Assembly: GCA_965208125.1 (NCBI GenBank)
Contig: OZ242320.1
Coordinates: 576,001-640,000, forward strand
Origin: Candidatus Latescibacterota bacterium
GTDB taxonomy: Bacteria > Latescibacterota > UBA2968
DNA: 64,000 nucleotides
Reading direction: 5' to 3'
Shown here: positions 9,823-19,450 of the stretch, one piece after another
Position numbering within the stretch: position 1 is the stretch's first letter
How the letters are laid out: each line of letters opens with the position of its first letter
Notes under the pieces: model-generated
Told to the model about the DNA's origin: nothing
Databases searched by the model: none
The model's input: only the letters and a program-made list of their open reading frames with translations
Program-made: the position numbers and the translations under genes

Positions 9823-11139
9823 TTACAACAGACTGCGCCCGACAGCCCGTTGCAATCTCACCCAGGATCGGTTAAAATTGAATACTGCTTCGTAATATTT
9901 GGCGCGAATAACACCGTACTCTTTTGCGGCATCAATCATATCCGATGCCTCTTCAAGCCCGGCATTAAACCCATCGCGAACCGATATAAACCACCGGCGG
10001 GTCGCCCGCCGCGCCACGCTGGCAGCCGCCATATTTTTCTGTGCCTCGATCAACTCGCGGTAAATCTTCTCAATTTCAATTGCCACGCCCTTCTCGGCCA
10101 GTTGCTTTTGATACAACAACTTCTGATATTCCAAACTCGCTTTCCGCGCCTTCGCCGACGTAAGCCCAAACGACAGCGACTGCCGAACACCTATCACCGC
10201 CCCCGCCTGCAAAATATTGAAATCATCTCTGGCAAAAGGACTTAGTTGATCGTCGCGATTCGGTGCGTAGCCATACTTAAATTGGCCCGCAATAAATATC
10301 TGGGGATACTGCTCGCCTTTTGCCACCTGCATTAGAGATTCACGCACCTGCACAGCAGCCTGCAACTGCTGCATATCCTCGCGCGCTCCCGCGCGTTTGA
10401 GATAAAATTCAAGCGGTTCAATCTCCACATCAACCGGTGTTAAAGGACCAGCAAGAATTAGCGAATCCCCTTCGCTCAATCCCAAAAGCAGGCGCAGGGC
10501 AGACTCGGCAAGCGCTTTTGTTTTCGCTGCCTCATGTACTTTTTCACGCACATCAAAGGCAAACCGATCAATGCGGTTCAGATCCGCATACGTAAAATCG
10601 CCTTCCTCTGCCTCCAGCTTCTCCGACACAAAATCGCGCGCCGTTTGAAAATCACTTTGCGCCTCCAATGCCAATGCCCACAAATCCTGCGTCAGTTGCA
10701 ACCCAAAATACACCTCGGCAACCTGAAGTTCCAGATCGCCTCTCGCTTTTCGCAGACCCGCCTGTTGAGCCGTCACCCCTGCCATAGCTGCTGCTTTGGC
10801 CCCGGACAAATAGCCAAATGTGAACAGAGGTTGCACAACCGTGGCTTCCGTACGCGTAAAAATACTCAAATGACTCAGCATGGTCTCACCGACAAGCGCG
10901 TCACCGCGCGCCTCGGGCGAGGGACCAATAACAGATCGCAGTTCAAACTGCGGCAAAAAGCGGATGGCATTGGCCTGGTCTAATTGCGCCCGCGCAATAT
11001 CGACATCAACCACTGCTGCACGCACGCCGGGATGCACGCGCATGGCCTGTGCAATACTCGCGGACAAATCATACGTTTCGGCGCGAAGAGAATGCACACA
11101 AATAAAAATCCCCAAATAGGACACACATAGCTTGAACAT
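9823..11139 (-). CDS. TolC family outer membrane efflux protein
   Basis: Signal peptide; two OEP repeats (FLPQFEL..QPLFTFG; YPQIF..); start uncertain (11139 vs 11259). Confidence 0.85.
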   Translation of the reverse strand: MFKLCVSYLGIFICVHSLRAETYDLSASIAQAMRVHPGVRAAVVDVDIARAQLDQANAIRFLPQFELRSVIGPSPEARGDALVGETMLSHLSIFTRTEATVVQPLFTFGYLSGAKAAAMAGVTAQQAGLRKARGDLELQVAEVYFGLQLTQDLWALALEAQSDFQTARDFVSEKLEAEEGDFTYADLNRIDRFAFDVREKVHEAAKTKALAESALRLLLGLSEGDSLILAGPLTPVDVEIEPLEFYLKRAGAREDMQQLQAAVQVRESLMQVAKGEQYPQIFIAGQFKYGYAPNRDDQLSPFARDDFNILQAGAVIGVRQSLSFGLTSAKARKASLEYQKLLYQKQLAEKGVAIEIEKIYRELIEAQKNMAAASVARRATRRWFISVRDGFNAGLEEASDMIDAAKEYGVIRAKYYEAVFNFNRSWVRLQRAVGRSLL

Positions 11140-11287
11140 GTGTGAAAAAAAACCACACCTGTTGCGATTTAACAACACAACCCCCTGGACTCCAGCGAAA
11201 AATTCAGAATCATAAAAATCTATATCTATATTAAACAAATACTTAAAAAGACCATCCAAACAGTCACAAAATATTGTCCCCTATATA

Positions 11288-11303
11288 AGCGAAATCCGTG
11301 CCA
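11288..11303 (-). promoter_or_regulatory. Putative sigma54 (-24/-12) promoter
   Basis: Minus strand TGGCACGGATTTCGCT: GG-N10-GC spacing, one mismatch to TGGCAC-N5-TTGCW, upstream of the TolC-family gene. Confidence 0.6.
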
Positions 11304-11317
11304 TCGTAAAATATATG

Positions 11318-11342
11318 AAAAAACCGGACAAAAGTCCGGGTT
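11318..11342 (-). terminator. Putative intrinsic terminator after flippase-like gene
   Basis: CCGGAC-N4-GTCCGG stem followed by U6 on the - strand. Confidence 0.55.
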
Positions 11343-11387
11343 AGCTATACTAACGTTTTAATCCGAGAGGAGTTCCCTTCCACATAT

Positions 11388-12335
11388 TCATCGCCGCACC
11401 GCCATCAAAACAAATCCAAAAGACACCCAGAAAATTTTCCGGATGCGCCGGATCAAGGCAACGCCCAATCCCAATTCGGGTGTCAACCCCAACAATTGAA
11501 AAAGAAACACATGCCCACTCTCAAAAACGCCAACACCAGATGGAATAAAGAAAAACGCCGTGTTTATAATCAACGACAGGGACGTGAGTAAAAAAGCGGT
11601 CAAAAAAGATTGTGGCTGCCCCAACAAGCTGAGAATCGCATACACTTCAAAAGTTCCCAAAACCCAACTCAGCATGTGCAGTGCCATACACACCCAGAAC
11701 CCCAGACGATTCTGCTTGTAAAATGCCGCAATCGTCCGATCAACTTCTTCAAACTTCTCGCGCCTCGACTCCAAAACAGAGAGACGCAACTTCTTTAAAA
11801 CATCCAGCAACCATATAGACGCCCGTTGGCGCTGAGACACATACGCTGCCACAATTCCAATCGTACCTAACACCAGGGCAGCCCCCAATCCAATCTGCAC
11901 CTCTACTGAAAGTGGAAACATGCCCACGGCCAACCCCGTACCAATCAGCGCAAAGACCAGACCGCTCACCAATTCAACCGTCTTATTGATCACCAGAGAA
12001 GGTACGCCCCGCGTCACAGAAACCCGATCGCGCAACATATACGCTTTGGCCACCTCACCGCCCACATGAGAAGCCGGTGTGACATTACCAATAGCTTCTC
12101 CCGACAACTTTGTGCAAAAAAGTGACCAAAAATGCGGACGATCGCCATCAAAACACATCGCCCATGCCCACGTATTGCTCACATGCCAGCCCAATGCAAT
12201 GAGCAAAACAGGCACATAGCCCCACCCCATCTGCCGCACCTGCGTCCAGGCGGCGATAATCCCAACCTCGTAAATCAACACCGCCAGCAGCGTTAACCCA
12301 ATTCCCCAGAACATCACCTTGCGCGCAGTTTTCAT
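11388..12335 (-). CDS. Lysylphosphatidylglycerol-synthase TM / flippase-like domain protein (UPF0104, HpnL-like)
   Basis: NVTPASHVGGEVAKAY and FIPSGVGVFE motifs; about 8 TM helices. Confidence 0.85.
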   Translation of the reverse strand: MKTARKVMFWGIGLTLLAVLIYEVGIIAAWTQVRQMGWGYVPVLLIALGWHVSNTWAWAMCFDGDRPHFWSLFCTKLSGEAIGNVTPASHVGGEVAKAYMLRDRVSVTRGVPSLVINKTVELVSGLVFALIGTGLAVGMFPLSVEVQIGLGAALVLGTIGIVAAYVSQRQRASIWLLDVLKKLRLSVLESRREKFEEVDRTIAAFYKQNRLGFWVCMALHMLSWVLGTFEVYAILSLLGQPQSFLTAFLLTSLSLIINTAFFFIPSGVGVFESGHVFLFQLLGLTPELGLGVALIRRIRKIFWVSFGFVLMAVRR

Positions 12336-12350
12336 TCACCATCTATCCCA

Positions 12351-12382
12351 AAAGAAACGGCGACCAAAATGCGCCGCCGTTT
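12351..12382 (-). terminator. Putative terminator hairpin
   Basis: AAACGGCG / CGCCGTTT inverted repeat followed by a U-rich tract on the - strand. Confidence 0.5.
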
Positions 12383-12408
12383 GCCAAAAAATATCTTCTA
12401 ACACACCG

Positions 12409-13917
12409 TCAATTAACCCGCATAATCACGTGATAGCCCAGAGGGGTTTTGACAACTCCACTGACTTCATTGGGTTTGAGCTTCATGACCGCGGCTTCAA
12501 AATCCGGGTGCAAATCGCCCTTGGAAAAAAACCCCGTACTTCCGCCATTTTCTTTTGAAGGATCAATAGAATAACTCCTCGCCAAAGTGGCAAAATCTTC
12601 TCCTGCTTTGAGCTTATTCAAAATTTCCTGAGCCTCAATCTCCGTCTTCACCAGAATATGCCGTACCCGCATCTTGCCCGCCTGAATCGACTTAATAATA
12701 TCCAGATTGCCCTGTGCATCGCGCAACGTACTGGCATCCTTGCTCTCGGCCATTGCCGTTTCATACGCTCTTCGCGCCTTGTCAAAATCTCCCCGAGCCG
12801 AATAAATAAATCCCAAATTATTGTGAACTTCAGCATCTTTGGGATCAATCGCCAATGCCTTCTCGTAAATCACACCCGCAGAATCAACCTTCTCTTCGCC
12901 CAAATACAGCAATGCCAACCGCTTATAGGGCGCAATCCACTTGGGAGCACGCGAGATACAGGTCAACAGCTCGGCCTTGCCTTGTGCGATATCGCCCTTG
13001 GCCACATAGACTTCTGCCAGCCGGAATCGCACCAAATTGCCATCGGGCGCGCGTTCCAAAATGCCCAGCATCTCGCCAATACTGGCATCAAAATTACCCC
13101 TGGCCGCGTACAACTGCGCAAGAGCATCGCGCACCTCGAGATCATCCGGAGCGAGATCGCGCACCTTTTCCCACGCTGCCTGTGCGATATCTAAAGAATC
13201 CACTTCTGCACTCATAAAACCGAGCGCGCGATACACAGATGGATCTTCTGGCGCAGCTTCAACAGCCTGTCGATATGCCGAAAAAGCCTTCTGTGTCATA
13301 CCCAGCGCGTGAAAAACCCCACCCCGGTTGACCATCAACATCACATTGTCCGAATTGGCAGCAAGACCGCGATCCATAACGGCAATTGCATTGAGTGTAT
13401 CGCCCACTGCAATATGGATCAGTGCCAGAGATTGATACGCCTCGATAAAATCGGGACGGCGTTTGAGTGCCGCTTCAAAATCGGCAATAGCTTCTCTGGG
13501 CTTGCCCAGATCGCTATTGAGAGATGCGCGCTCTGCCAGAAGCAAAGCGGGTTCATCGCTTTGCCCAATACCCTGATCCAGAGCAGAAAGAGCCTGAGAA
13601 ATTTTGCCCTGTCGAACGAGCACCAGCGCCAGATCGCGATATCCGCGAACAGAACCCGGTTTTATCTCCACCACCTTTTGAAAAGCAGCCTCCGCAGCGT
13701 CCAATTGCCCGGCCTCAGCGTAAAGCGTCCCCAAAAAACCATGCGCTGCCACACTATCGGCATGTGCCTCGACAAAAGCGCGCGCCACCTCGAGGGCATC
13801 GTCAATTTTGCCGTCGCTGTAATGCGCCTCAATCTCTTTCAAAAAATCCCGCGCATCCACAACTGGAGCCTGAAAAAATATCATACCCCATACAAAACAC
13901 AGCATCCACCGTTTCAA
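12409..13917 (-). CDS. Exported TPR-repeat protein with C-terminal parvulin PPIase domain
   Basis: Signal peptide; many TPR-like repeats; VRHILV..GEDFATLARSYSID..GGSTG..KTPLGYHVI rotamase signature. Confidence 0.9.
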   Translation of the reverse strand: MKRWMLCFVWGMIFFQAPVVDARDFLKEIEAHYSDGKIDDALEVARAFVEAHADSVAAHGFLGTLYAEAGQLDAAEAAFQKVVEIKPGSVRGYRDLALVLVRQGKISQALSALDQGIGQSDEPALLLAERASLNSDLGKPREAIADFEAALKRRPDFIEAYQSLALIHIAVGDTLNAIAVMDRGLAANSDNVMLMVNRGGVFHALGMTQKAFSAYRQAVEAAPEDPSVYRALGFMSAEVDSLDIAQAAWEKVRDLAPDDLEVRDALAQLYAARGNFDASIGEMLGILERAPDGNLVRFRLAEVYVAKGDIAQGKAELLTCISRAPKWIAPYKRLALLYLGEEKVDSAGVIYEKALAIDPKDAEVHNNLGFIYSARGDFDKARRAYETAMAESKDASTLRDAQGNLDIIKSIQAGKMRVRHILVKTEIEAQEILNKLKAGEDFATLARSYSIDPSKENGGSTGFFSKGDLHPDFEAAVMKLKPNEVSGVVKTPLGYHVIMRVN

Positions 13918-13933
13918 AACTCAACCTCCATCC

Positions 13934-13962
13934 TTGACAATATCAATGCAACACAATATAAT
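13934..13962 (+). promoter_or_regulatory. Consensus sigma70 promoter
   Basis: TTGACA (13934-39), 17-nt spacer, TATAAT (13957-62). Confidence 0.8.
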
Positions 13963-13974
13963 CACATCTCACCT

Positions 13975-14535
13975 ATGAAAACTCTAAAACAAAACGCCGT
14001 ACCACTCATAGCCTTTCTAATCGCGGGAAGCACAGCGATACTCGCCTACGACCACTTGTCCTATGTAATTCCCTATGTGGTCTTTAAGTATCCCATCGCC
14101 ATTGTCGTACTCTACGCATTTTTTCAACTCATCGCATTTGCAGAGCGTCGCCGCAGCGCCCAACTCGACGAAGTGGGCTTGCTTCGACCCCTGCGCGACG
14201 GCGCATTCCTCGTATGCCTGCACGCACACCTGCGCGACCTCGGCATAGACCTGAACCTTTTATCGTCGGCATCCAGCATGCACCTCGCCCTGTTGTCCTG
14301 GGCAGTCGCCCTCATCGGATATTATGCCCTTGAGCAACCCGGGGGACTACCTGGTCGCACAATCAATATCCTGTCCCCTTCTGCCACGCGCATCGCAGTC
14401 TGCCGCGGACTCATCCTCTCGGGACTGCTTGGGGTGATCGGCACATTTGCGGCAATCGCACAACCCCTCTGGCTCGGCCTCCCCCTGCTTCTGGTATTCA
14501 TTCGCGCCTATCTGCGGTCCGGAGACGGATCGTGA
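13975..14535 (+). CDS. Hypothetical membrane protein
   Basis: MKTLKQNAV... with several TM helices; follows the consensus promoter; GTGA overlap with next gene. The upstream part of the 408-aa track ORF is antisense to the TPR gene. Confidence 0.7.
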   Translation: MKTLKQNAVPLIAFLIAGSTAILAYDHLSYVIPYVVFKYPIAIVVLYAFFQLIAFAERRRSAQLDEVGLLRPLRDGAFLVCLHAHLRDLGIDLNLLSSASSMHLALLSWAVALIGYYALEQPGGLPGRTINILSPSATRIAVCRGLILSGLLGVIGTFAAIAQPLWLGLPLLLVFIRAYLRSGDGS

Positions 14536-15416
14536 ACGTACAGAACGAACGCCTCAACACCCGTGCCGCCCTGCTCAACCTCTTGACAGCAATCCTCTGG
14601 GGCGGCAATTCCGTATCCATCAAAATGGGGCTATCTGGTATTCCGCCGCTTTGTCTGGCCGGCATGCGTTTTTTGCTCGGCGGCCTCGTCGTCTATATTT
14701 GGACGCGCCCCCTGAAAATCGACCTGAAACTCAAATCCAACGAAAGACGAGGCATTATCGGCCTCATTTTTCTTTTTCTCGCGCAGATCTACCTGCTCAA
14801 TGCGGGAACCGATTACACCCTCGCCAGCCGCTCGACCATCTTTATCTCGGCCTATCCCTTCTTCACAGCCTCATTTGCACACATCTTTATACCGGGCGAC
14901 AAAATCAGCACGCGCAAAATGACCGGCATGGTATTGTCTTTTCTCGGCGTAGTGCTCATCTTTGCCGAAAGCCTATCGCTTGGCGAACTTCAACATCTTT
15001 TGGGCGACATCCTCGTACTCGCAAGTGCCGCTCTGCTCGGTGCTCGCCAGGTTTACCTCAAACGTCTCGTCCAGAACATACACCCCGGAAAAGTCTTGAT
15101 CTGGCAATCCGCCCCCAGCGTACCCATCTTTTTTTTACTCAGTGCACTATTTGAAGCACAAGCCATTCAACTCGATATCCGCGTCCTGAGTGCCGTTCTC
15201 TATCAGGGGCTCGTCGTCGCAGGATTTTGCTTTATCCTCCTGACCAGCCTTCTAAAACGCTATTCGGCCAGTCGCCTCTCTGTATTTGGATTCATCACCC
15301 CAATTGTCGGCGTCGTCGTCAGCAACCTCCTCCTCGGCGACCCCATCTCACCCATCCTCATCCTCAGCCTCGCACTCGTGGGCATCGGCATCACCATTGT
15401 CAATACATCACAATGA
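14532..15416 (+). CDS. DMT (EamA) family transporter
   Basis: ILWGGN, MRFLLGG; two EamA repeats, about 10 TMs. Confidence 0.9.
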   Translation: MNVQNERLNTRAALLNLLTAILWGGNSVSIKMGLSGIPPLCLAGMRFLLGGLVVYIWTRPLKIDLKLKSNERRGIIGLIFLFLAQIYLLNAGTDYTLASRSTIFISAYPFFTASFAHIFIPGDKISTRKMTGMVLSFLGVVLIFAESLSLGELQHLLGDILVLASAALLGARQVYLKRLVQNIHPGKVLIWQSAPSVPIFFLLSALFEAQAIQLDIRVLSAVLYQGLVVAGFCFILLTSLLKRYSASRLSVFGFITPIVGVVVSNLLLGDPISPILILSLALVGIGITIVNTSQ

Positions 15417-15498
15417 GCAAAACGCACAGCCTATCAATTTATGCGGTCTCATTATGCGCCGCAAGAAAAAACTGGTTTCAGAACCCAATGTACGCACT

Positions 15499-16878
15499 TT
15501 ACTCAAGCCGAATATCAGGCAACTCAAAATCATCGCCCGTATCTTCAATCCACTGTGCGAGGCGCTCGTGGCACCGCTCCTTCTCCTTCTGAAACGCCCT
15601 ATTATAAACGTAATTCGCCTGTTCGTAGGGATCATCCGCCGTATTGAAAAGCAACCAATCATTACCCGGCGTACAGGCGTATTTCCACCCATCTCGCATC
15701 ACCACAGCCCGCCACGCCTTATTCACAGTGTGCGAATGCATCTTTCGGGGAATCTGCTGTAAATACGCCGAATCGGGTTCTGCATTTCTATTGGGCTTGC
15801 CTTTGAACTCGGCAGCATTGCTGGAAATACAGTACCCAGAATAATCGTGTCCGACCATATCCTCGGGAACGGGAATACCGCAAAGACCCAGCGTAGTAGG
15901 TGCAATATCGACGTGATTGATCACCGCATCAGTAGATCCCGTATTCATATTAGCACCTCCTCCTACCTTGCCGATAATAAACGGGATGCGGACCGACTCT
16001 TCCCACGGCGATGATTTGCCGGTCTGCGCGTGGCTCCACAGCATATCGCCGTGATCGGAAAAGAAAATCACATAAGTCTCCCGATCAACACCCATATCTT
16101 TGAGAGCCATGCGAATCCGTCCCACATTGTAATCCAGATTTTCCACCATCGCGTAATAACCCGCATGATCCAGGACTGCCCGCTCGCGGATCCGGGGAAC
16201 AACCGGCACATTGCGCCGAAGCTGAATATCCGATGGATGAATCCGAGGCACACCGCGATCTGGATTGGTAGGCGGCACAAAGGGACTGTGGGGCGGCTGC
16301 ACCGAAAGCACGGCAAAAAACGGCTGATAGTCTTCTTCACTACCCACATGATCCGCGAGATGGTCTAAAAACAAGGACGTCAGGCTATCCGTTTCGTACC
16401 CGTCCAAACGCTGGGGTGTTTCGCCCTCCGAACCATAAACATAGCACTCGTTCTGATTATTATTGTTCTCATACCCCATCCAGTACTGAAAATTCCCCCT
16501 GCGCTCGGGAGGAATACAGTTCTCCCGAGCATTGGACCCGTCCAAATGCCACTTGCCGACATAAGCCGTGTGATACCCCGCATCATTAAAAGGTATAGCA
16601 ACAGTCGGAATCGCCGGATCCAGTGGAGACGGCGTCTGCGTCACGCCATTCTGATGCGGATAAGTACCCGTCATTAGCGCACCGCGAAAAGGCGAGCACC
16701 ACGGCGCACCGGAAACCGCACAGTCAAAACGCATACCCTCCCGCGCGAGATTGTCGATATTCGGCGTAAACACATTGGGATCACCCCGATAGCTCAATGC
16801 GTGTGCGCGATGTTGATCCCCAAAAACCCAGATCACATTCGGTTTGCGTTCAGGACGAAACGAAAATTTTTCACTCAT
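15499..16878 (-). CDS. Sulfatase (Cys-type, cytoplasmic)
   Basis: PNVIWVFGDQ, CSPFR (CxPxR), GKWHL, SDHG. Confidence 0.92.
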   Translation of the reverse strand: MSEKFSFRPERKPNVIWVFGDQHRAHALSYRGDPNVFTPNIDNLAREGMRFDCAVSGAPWCSPFRGALMTGTYPHQNGVTQTPSPLDPAIPTVAIPFNDAGYHTAYVGKWHLDGSNARENCIPPERRGNFQYWMGYENNNNQNECYVYGSEGETPQRLDGYETDSLTSLFLDHLADHVGSEEDYQPFFAVLSVQPPHSPFVPPTNPDRGVPRIHPSDIQLRRNVPVVPRIRERAVLDHAGYYAMVENLDYNVGRIRMALKDMGVDRETYVIFFSDHGDMLWSHAQTGKSSPWEESVRIPFIIGKVGGGANMNTGSTDAVINHVDIAPTTLGLCGIPVPEDMVGHDYSGYCISSNAAEFKGKPNRNAEPDSAYLQQIPRKMHSHTVNKAWRAVVMRDGWKYACTPGNDWLLFNTADDPYEQANYVYNRAFQKEKERCHERLAQWIEDTGDDFELPDIRLE

Positions 16879-16891
16879 CGTAAAAACCTCT

Positions 16892-19438
16892 CTAATGCTC
16901 ATGCCCGTGATCGTGCAGGGGCGTATGATCGTGATAAATACCGTGCTTGTGCATCTGCTGGTGCAAGCGATTGTGCGCGGCCTCCAGCGTAGCGCGCATC
17001 TGTTTCAAACGCCTCGCCTCGGGTCTTGGTGCGAGCGTATCCAGATAGGCAATTGCCCCTTCGATTTGTTCCAAAACCGTCGTAGCATCCGCCTGTGAAA
17101 AAATGGGCCTATCCTCTACAACCACCTGTACAGCACTCGTGTGTGCGGCAATCTCCCCGTGCCGTCCCTTATAACTCCCGCGCACCCGCAGTGCAATCCA
17201 CGTCGAATCCTCCACCCGTACCTCCGCACTCCCCGACGCCGACAGGCTCTTATCCACATTCACCTGCTCATGCGTCAACCCGCCCACAACGATCTCGACC
17301 TGATCAATCGGCAAACGCACCGACGCCACCTCCCACGTCACATTGACCGTCCCACCAGAGGAGGGTAACGCCACCCGTGAACCGGGAGCCTTCCCCTCCA
17401 CCTGAATCTCTGCAAGCGGTCCCACCGTCACAAACGTATGACCCGCTTTTGTCGCCGCCATCCAGTTCTCATAGCTAAACTCGCGATCTCCCAAATGCGT
17501 ATAAGTCCGCACCCCGCCGAGTTGCGACGCAGCCGCCATCTTATCTGACCCACCCACAACCGGAATGTGGTATCCCAAATTCAAATAGCGGTACCAATCG
17601 GCAATCCCATAGGGATTGATCTGTGCATTGTGCGGATTAAACGTCATCATCTCCATCGCGTGGATCAGCCCCAGCACAATATCTGCAGCGCGTTCACACT
17701 GCGGATTTGGGCCGTGCGGCATCACCACCAGTCCCCCCTGATCAATGCACTGCTGTGCCCACTCCGCCATCGTGACTTCCTGCGCGTCGCCCAGCGCGGA
17801 TTCCGACGGTCCGCCCGAACACAGCGGGTGAATCATAAGCCCCGAGTACCCCAGCAGCGAAATATGCCCGAGCACCTGCATGCGATTCTCTGTACCAACG
17901 CGCACGAGAAACTCCCCATCACCTCCAAAATCCCGCGCACCAAAAGTCGTCTTCCCATCAAAATCCGACACATTGCTGAACATTTCACCCCACTGGCTCG
18001 CCAGCAAATTCACCACATTCACGCCCTCGCCCTCGCCTTCCAGAAGCGCCGTTTGCGGACTCAAAAAATGCACATGCGTATCGGCAGTCACCCACCCCTT
18101 TTCCCGCCAATTGAGCACGCGATCAATCTCAAACGTAACAACATCCGTATCAGAGCCAACCGTAAACTTCTCGCGGATTGGCACAATCTCATATCCCTTC
18201 TGGATATCGACATACACATCGCCCAGAGGCAGGTCTGCCACGCATTCTCCCGGAATATAACAATACTGATTCAAACCATTGACGTGCTCGCCGTAATTAT
18301 CCTCAAACCAGTGCGGATTCACCTTGCGGTGATACCCTTTCGGAGGCAAATACTCCCCGGTCTCGCCGTGCATGTGCAACCGCACAGCAACCGGCGTCTC
18401 TGTTCCTCTCTCCACCACGCGAATTGTGACCGGGCGATGTGCGGGCCGCACCTCGACAATCTGCTTTGCATCTGCCAGATCGTAAACCTGCGCCTCTCCA
18501 TCTCCCTCCACCCCCACGTAGAGCTTCCCCTGCGGGTGTGCGATATACTCGACAACCACCGCAGAAGAAGACCGCTCGGGCTGCACATCCACCTCCGCGC
18601 TCAACCAGCGTTCCACATCGTAATCCAGCACAGCCCGCGCCGACATCACCACGCCCAGATCGATATTTATATCTTCAAGCTCGCCATTTCTGTTCAACTG
18701 CGCGCCCTCGGGCAATTCCAACTTCAATTTTTGGCGCACACCCGGTCGCAGCGGATGATCTGCGACCCGTGTATGCGTGATCCCCAGCACCAGTGACCGC
18801 TCGTTCTTGGGAACCAATGTCAGATGCCCAATAGGCTTTTCCGGATAGGGATTGGGCAACGCATAAGCCCACATCTTTATGCGCCCGCCATCTCGCCCTG
18901 AACTGTGCCGCGTCTCTGCGCGACCATAAGCCGATGCAGGACGGTGCCCCAAACCGTGTTCGTCCGTCGCACCCATCACAACACCGGGTTTGGCCGCAGG
19001 CATCGCTGCAAACGCACTTGCCCCCCACCCAATACTGGACTGTTGAATCGCAAACCGGCGCAAAATACGCGTCGCCTCGGACTCTCCATCTGCATATTCC
19101 AGCACGTAATCCGACACGTGATCGCCGAGTTCATTGCCATCCATAGCAAAATCGGCCAACCCCTCCTGATAATTACTCACGCGATTTTCAACTACGTGTA
19201 AAAACACCACATAGCTCGCCTTCACACCGTCCATATCAACGCGCACAGCATCGCCATCGAGCAATATACCGTTCGGTTCGCCTGGCGCACCCAGATCAAA
19301 AGGCATACCCAGAATGGACTGCCCACCATACATCGCGCCCAAATCCTCGCCACCAAACCCATCCAATTGCACGCGATCCACATTGTAATTTTCCGCCAGA
19401 GAAACAGGCGTAAAATGTTCAGATAGGGGAATATTCAT
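16892..19438 (-). CDS. CehA/McbA-like PHP-fold metallohydrolase
   Basis: ADTHVH, GHISLL, MPHG, WYRYLNLG..GGSD..GGVRTY; His-rich C-terminus. Confidence 0.75.
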   Translation of the reverse strand: MNIPLSEHFTPVSLAENYNVDRVQLDGFGGEDLGAMYGGQSILGMPFDLGAPGEPNGILLDGDAVRVDMDGVKASYVVFLHVVENRVSNYQEGLADFAMDGNELGDHVSDYVLEYADGESEATRILRRFAIQQSSIGWGASAFAAMPAAKPGVVMGATDEHGLGHRPASAYGRAETRHSSGRDGGRIKMWAYALPNPYPEKPIGHLTLVPKNERSLVLGITHTRVADHPLRPGVRQKLKLELPEGAQLNRNGELEDINIDLGVVMSARAVLDYDVERWLSAEVDVQPERSSSAVVVEYIAHPQGKLYVGVEGDGEAQVYDLADAKQIVEVRPAHRPVTIRVVERGTETPVAVRLHMHGETGEYLPPKGYHRKVNPHWFEDNYGEHVNGLNQYCYIPGECVADLPLGDVYVDIQKGYEIVPIREKFTVGSDTDVVTFEIDRVLNWREKGWVTADTHVHFLSPQTALLEGEGEGVNVVNLLASQWGEMFSNVSDFDGKTTFGARDFGGDGEFLVRVGTENRMQVLGHISLLGYSGLMIHPLCSGGPSESALGDAQEVTMAEWAQQCIDQGGLVVMPHGPNPQCERAADIVLGLIHAMEMMTFNPHNAQINPYGIADWYRYLNLGYHIPVVGGSDKMAAASQLGGVRTYTHLGDREFSYENWMAATKAGHTFVTVGPLAEIQVEGKAPGSRVALPSSGGTVNVTWEVASVRLPIDQVEIVVGGLTHEQVNVDKSLSASGSAEVRVEDSTWIALRVRGSYKGRHGEIAAHTSAVQVVVEDRPIFSQADATTVLEQIEGAIAYLDTLAPRPEARRLKQMRATLEAAHNRLHQQMHKHGIYHDHTPLHDHGHEH

Positions 19439-19450
19439 AATACACCTCAT

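Noticed and set aside
13309-13974. N-terminal extension of the 408-aa ORF
   Set aside because: Antisense to the TPR-PPIase gene; the consensus promoter places the start at 13975.
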